From: Campylobacterales bacterium
GTDB taxonomy: Bacteria > Campylobacterota > Campylobacteria > Campylobacterales > JAABSR01
DNA: 10,147 nucleotides
Assembly (NCBI GenBank): GCA_011390245.1
Contig: JAABSR010000060.1
Coordinates: 1-10,147, forward strand
Direction of reading: 5' to 3'
Positions within the stretch are counted from its first letter, which is position 1; every line of letters starts with the position of its first letter. Under the pieces are notes generated by a model, which made no database searches, had not been told where the DNA came from, and was given only the letters and a program-made list of their open reading frames with translations. Positions 6,736-10,147 of the stretch are shown piece after piece. The translations under genes were made by a program, and so were the position numbers.

Positions 6736-7959
6736 TCAAGGTGTTACTATAAAGCTTTCACTAAAGTTGGCTGAGTGGAAGATGGTAACTCCATACTTTT
6801 TTGCGTAGTATTTCATCAAGATTTTTTGTAGTGTTGGCTCGATGGATGGATAAAACCATGCATTGTTGCTTATTGCAACTATGTATTTTACACCTTTGTC
6901 GTAAATCTTTTCGCTTGTGGCTTCATAACAGATAGCATTGCGAAATTTTATGCCCTTTATCTCAAAATCTGTAGGCTCTTTTGCTCCATCATAATCTTTT
7001 GCTCCATCAAAAAATAGGTCATTTATGATATCGCTTATAAACTTTGGAAGAGGGTTTCTCTCTCCAAAAGGGACAAGTACGACCTTGTCTGCTATATCTA
7101 TCTTTTTGCCATCAAAGTGAAAAGATGAGTTGTATAACTCTCCATTTTTGACCTGTAAGGCTCCTGTAACTATATCTATCTTTTTACTCTTCTCTAGTAG
7201 CTCATTGCTCACCTCATCACCATGCACCAAAAAGAGGGGAAAGGCACTCTCTGGTAAGACTATAAGATCATAGCCATCTTTTATCGCATTATCTATTTTT
7301 TTGAAGTTGGATTCTATGGTTTTTGGTATATTTGCTTTGCTCCATTTGTAGCCTTGTGTGAGTTGTGTGTGAGCTAGTTTGATTTTTAGCTCTGGCTCTT
7401 GTATCTCTTTTGGGATATAAAAAGCCAACAGCAGAGGCAACATGATAAAAAACGATCTTTTTTTGAGGTGGATATAGAGTGCAATAGTTGCTAAGATAAT
7501 AGCAAATTGCCACTTTTCAACCCCAAAGTAGCTATTTACAAAGATAAGCTCTGGCTTGAACCAATCAAATCCAAATGGATGAATATAGCTAACCCCTAAA
7601 AGTGCAATTGCTTTGATAAAAGGCACTTTTAGTGCTCCTATGACCAAGAAGAGAAGAGAGAAAACTAGGGCAATGCCTAGTACTATGAGTGGGGCTAGAT
7701 TTTCAAACCCATAATACTTAAAACTCATAGATATCCAATAAAACCAAACTCCCCCAACCACTAGACCAAAGAGAGCTGATTGGAATCTATCAAGTTTTAG
7801 CAAAAAGTAGAGCGACAAAATCCCAGCAAATGAGTTGAGGAGATAAAACTCATATCCAAAATGGGCAGTATAGATAAATTGTGAAAAGAGAAGAGCGACT
7901 ATTATCGCCCATGAGAATCTACTCAATACTTTAGAGAAGTTACTACCTGTAGTTTTCAA
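6736..7959 (-). CDS. lnt: Apolipoprotein N-acyltransferase (Lnt)
   Basis: Polytopic N-terminal membrane domain plus a C-terminal CN-hydrolase domain with catalytic motifs DLIVLPESAF (Glu) and RNAICYEATSE (Cys). Apparent TTG start immediately after an in-frame stop, overlapping the yajQ 3' end by 17 nt. The start call is uncertain because there is no clear SD. Confidence 0.8.
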   Translation of the reverse strand: MKTTGSNFSKVLSRFSWAIIVALLFSQFIYTAHFGYEFYLLNSFAGILSLYFLLKLDRFQSALFGLVVGGVWFYWISMSFKYYGFENLAPLIVLGIALVFSLLFLVIGALKVPFIKAIALLGVSYIHPFGFDWFKPELIFVNSYFGVEKWQFAIILATIALYIHLKKRSFFIMLPLLLAFYIPKEIQEPELKIKLAHTQLTQGYKWSKANIPKTIESNFKKIDNAIKDGYDLIVLPESAFPLFLVHGDEVSNELLEKSKKIDIVTGALQVKNGELYNSSFHFDGKKIDIADKVVLVPFGERNPLPKFISDIINDLFFDGAKDYDGAKEPTDFEIKGIKFRNAICYEATSEKIYDKGVKYIVAISNNAWFYPSIEPTLQKILMKYYAKKYGVTIFHSANFSESFIVTP

Positions 7960-8443
7960 ATTTTATAGGTATATCAAGTTCTAGTGATTTTACAAGAGAT
8001 ATGATATTTTGTAAATCATCAAGGGATTTTCCTTTTACTCTTATCTCTTCGCCTTGTATTGAGGCTTGTACTTTTATCTTGGAGTTTTTAATCTCTGTGG
8101 TTATCTTTTTGGCATTTTCAGAATCTATCACATCTTTGATACCAAAAGTCACTTTTATGTTTCCACCACTAACTCCCTCCCTTTTTAGCTCTTTTATGGA
8201 TTTTGGGGAGAGTTCTCTTTTTATGATTTTTGATTTAAGTATATCTATAATTGCATCGGCTTTGTTGTCAGTTGTTGCAGTTATGGTAATTATCTTTTGA
8301 CTCTCGTTTAGCTCTATATCTTTTACTTTATCGCTTTTGAAATCAAACCTATTTCCAACCTCTCTTTGTGATTGGTCTATAGCATTTTTCATCTCTTGCA
8401 TATCAACTTTTGCGGTGATATCAAATGAGTTCTCTTTTGGCAT
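7943..8443 (-). CDS. yajQ: YajQ-family (UPF0234) nucleotide-binding protein
   Basis: 166 aa. MPKENSFDITAKVDMQEMKNAIDQSQREVGNRFDFK... aligns with E. coli YajQ [33 protein letters not shown]. The C-terminal KVQASIQGEEIRVKGKSLDDLQ matches [22 protein letters not shown]. RBS aaggag. Confidence 0.9.
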   Translation of the reverse strand: MPKENSFDITAKVDMQEMKNAIDQSQREVGNRFDFKSDKVKDIELNESQKIITITATTDNKADAIIDILKSKIIKRELSPKSIKELKREGVSGGNIKVTFGIKDVIDSENAKKITTEIKNSKIKVQASIQGEEIRVKGKSLDDLQNIISLVKSLELDIPIKFENYR

Positions 8444-8568
8444 ATATATCTCCTTGCTTATTTTGCTAACATTGTACCAAAAAATTTTAGCTCTTTTTTA
8501 GTACAATGATAGCAAAAGAAGTAAAAGAGGAAGTTTTAAAATATCCGATTAAGGGATTTTGTAGATAT
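8444..8568. promoter_or_regulatory. Divergent yajQ/cvpA promoter region with an 8-bp inverted repeat (cattgtac ... gtacaatg) flanking an A/T palindromic spacer
   Basis: cattgtac lies at ~8470-8477 and gtacaatg at ~8501-8508. The spacer caaaaaattttagctctttttta is itself quasi-palindromic. Confidence 0.25.
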
Positions 8569-9156
8569 ATGGATAATTTTAATTATATAGATATTGTTGT
8601 TTTAGCACTAGTCGGTATTTTAGGATTCAAAGGGCTTTTCAATGGACTTGTCAAGGAGTTTTTTGGGCTTTTTGGTATTATTGGCGGTGTATTTGTAGCT
8701 AGTAGGTATTCACTTGAGCTTGGAGTTTTTATAAGTGAAAATCTTTACTATATAGAGAACAGATCAGCTATAAATCTAGTAGGTTTTATAGCCATTTTGC
8801 TATCTTTTTGGATAGCTTCTATCGTTGTTGGAAGATTTGTATCAAAACTGGTGAAACTAAGTGCTTTAGAGTTGATAGATAGAATTTTTGGTTTTATTTT
8901 TGGGGCTGGGAAGATATTTTTGATATTTGCAATTATCACTTACACTATCTCAAATATAGAGATAGTGAAAAAAAATATCTCCTCATTTACCGAAAATAGT
9001 ATCACATATCCTATACTTTTGGAGGCTGGGAGTCTTATCATCAGGCTTGATGGTGAGACTTTTGATCTAATGCCTTCAACTGTAAAAGAGCAATCACAAG
9101 AAGTGAACAGAGAAGAGAATAGCAGTGAAGATAATAAGAGTAAAGTAGAGGAGTAG
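8569..9156 (+). CDS. cvpA: CvpA-family membrane protein (colicin V production protein homolog)
   Basis: [44 protein letters not shown] matches the CvpA N-terminus (M..iDi.i..l...s...G..rGf..e...L.g...a..vA). Four predicted TM helices and an acidic C-tail. The ORF is open from 8506, but the ATG at 8569 has an aaggga SD and matches the conserved start. Confidence 0.7.
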   Translation: MDNFNYIDIVVLALVGILGFKGLFNGLVKEFFGLFGIIGGVFVASRYSLELGVFISENLYYIENRSAINLVGFIAILLSFWIASIVVGRFVSKLVKLSALELIDRIFGFIFGAGKIFLIFAIITYTISNIEIVKKNISSFTENSITYPILLEAGSLIIRLDGETFDLMPSTVKEQSQEVNREENSSEDNKSKVEE

Positions 9157-9158
9157 AT

Positions 9159-10147
9159 TTGTTTGAAGAGTACTTAGAAAACCAATATGTAAAAGAGAGA
9201 ATCAAAAAGGCACAAGAGCTACGAGATGAGGGTAAAAATCCCTATGCCAATAATGCGTCAAAAGAGATAAAAAATAGTGAGTTCATAAAAGAGTTTGAGT
9301 ATGTAAAAGAGCTAGAATCTACAAGAGATGAGAACAAAGAGAGAAGTATAGCTGGGAGAGTAAAATTTTTGCGACTTATGGGCAAAGCCGCATTTGCAAA
9401 GATAGAGGATGAGAGCGGAATAGTTCAGATATATTATTCAAAAAATGAGCTAGGCGAAGAGGAGTTTAAATCGATAAAGAGAAATATCGAAGTGGGCGAT
9501 ATAATCATCGCCAAAGGATTTCCCTTTGCTACAAAAACAGGCGAGCTAAGCCTGCATGTAAAAGAGCTACAAATCCTCACAAAATCAATAATCCCACTTC
9601 CAGAAAAATATCATGGTTTGCAAGATATAGAGGCTCGTTATCGCCAAAGATATCTAGATCTTATCATGAATCCAGATGTCAAAAAGACATTTCTTTTGCG
9701 TAGTAAAGTAGTCTCTATAATTAGAAGGTTTTTTGAAAAAAATGGATTTTTAGAGGTTGAGACTCCTATGATGCACCCAATCCCAGGAGGTGCAAATGCA
9801 CGCCCTTTTGTGACACACCATAATGCTTTGGGAGTGGATAGATATCTGCGAATCGCTCCAGAGCTGTATCTAAAAAGATTGATAGTTGGTGGATTTGAAG
9901 CAGTTTTTGAGATAAATAGAAACTTTAGAAACGAGGGGATGGACCACTCACACAATCCAGAGTTTACTATGATAGAGTTCTATTGGGCATACAAAAGATA
10001 TGAGGATTTGATGGATTTGAGTGAGCAGCTTTTTGAGGTGATATTTGAAGAGTTAAATCTGCCAAAAAAACTAGCACATGACGACTATGAGATCAACTTC
10101 TCATCTCCTTTTAAGAGGATAAAATATATTGATGCTATTGTTGAGAT
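9159..10147 (+). CDS. lysS: Lysine--tRNA ligase (class II LysRS). 5' part only, continuing beyond the window
   Basis: TTG start 3 nt after the cvpA stop, with agaggag SD 7 nt upstream. [29 protein letters not shown] matches the LysS N-terminus. Class II motifs are present: [21 protein letters not shown] (motif 1/2 region) and [29 protein letters not shown]. Confidence 0.9.
   Translation, partial: MFEEYLENQYVKERIKKAQELRDEGKNPYANNASKEIKNSEFIKEFEYVKELESTRDENKERSIAGRVKFLRLMGKAAFAKIEDESGIVQIYYSKNELGEEEFKSIKRNIEVGDIIIAKGFPFATKTGELSLHVKELQILTKSIIPLPEKYHGLQDIEARYRQRYLDLIMNPDVKKTFLLRSKVVSIIRRFFEKNGFLEVETPMMHPIPGGANARPFVTHHNALGVDRYLRIAPELYLKRLIVGGFEAVFEINRNFRNEGMDHSHNPEFTMIEFYWAYKRYEDLMDLSEQLFEVIFEELNLPKKLAHDDYEINFSSPFKRIKYIDAIVE

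Noticed and set aside
7356-7380. tgtgtgag tandem duplication inside lnt
   Set aside because: It has only two units, lies in-frame within the coding sequence, and has no indication of variable copy number.
8001-8300. 99-aa plus-strand ORF antisense to yajQ
   Set aside because: Antisense to a well-conserved gene. It is a hydrophobic low-complexity artefact.
9638-9955. 105-aa minus-strand ORF inside lysS
   Set aside because: Antisense to the conserved LysRS catalytic core. It is spurious.
1-10147. Search for CRISPR arrays, tRNAs, IS elements or integrase genes
   Set aside because: There are no regularly spaced repeats and no cloverleaf-capable ~75-nt segments in the intergenic regions. There are no transposase- or integrase-like ORFs. 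Apart from the 30-nt direct repeat reported above, nothing was found.

Overview
AT-rich chromosomal window that looks like Campylobacterota (epsilonproteobacteria) from gene content and codon usage. Housekeeping genes are tightly packed at the right end: dus, a SurA-like chaperone, lnt, yajQ, cvpA and lysS. The most notable locus is a minus-strand four-gene cluster at 3939->653, with gaps of only 10-17 nt. It encodes an encapsulated-ferritin cargo (EncFtn) with a C-terminal targeting peptide, a Family-1 (Linocin M18-like, HK97-fold) encapsulin shell protein, a 397-aa P-loop NTPase-like protein whose Walker A/B motifs are degenerate (GAGVTS, lysine replaced by Val; ILEN), and an MscS-family mechanosensitive channel. 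A tandem pair of paralogous small coiled-coil proteins is transcribed divergently from the same 146-bp intergenic region. One paralog is cytoplasmic and the other carries a signal peptide. That intergenic region contains AT-rich direct repeats and a Fur/PerR-like half-site. The left end carries the C-terminal winged-helix part of an AlbA_2/HATPase_c_4-type regulator, running in from upstream. It is followed by a 51-codon remnant of the N-terminus of a paralogous gene, bracketed by ~30-nt direct repeats consistent with an internal deletion scar. A 39-bp perfect palindrome follows the coiled-coil pair. No tRNA, rRNA, CRISPR or obvious IS elements were seen. Several genes appear to use non-ATG starts: GTG for the ATPase-like gene, TTG for lnt and lysS.
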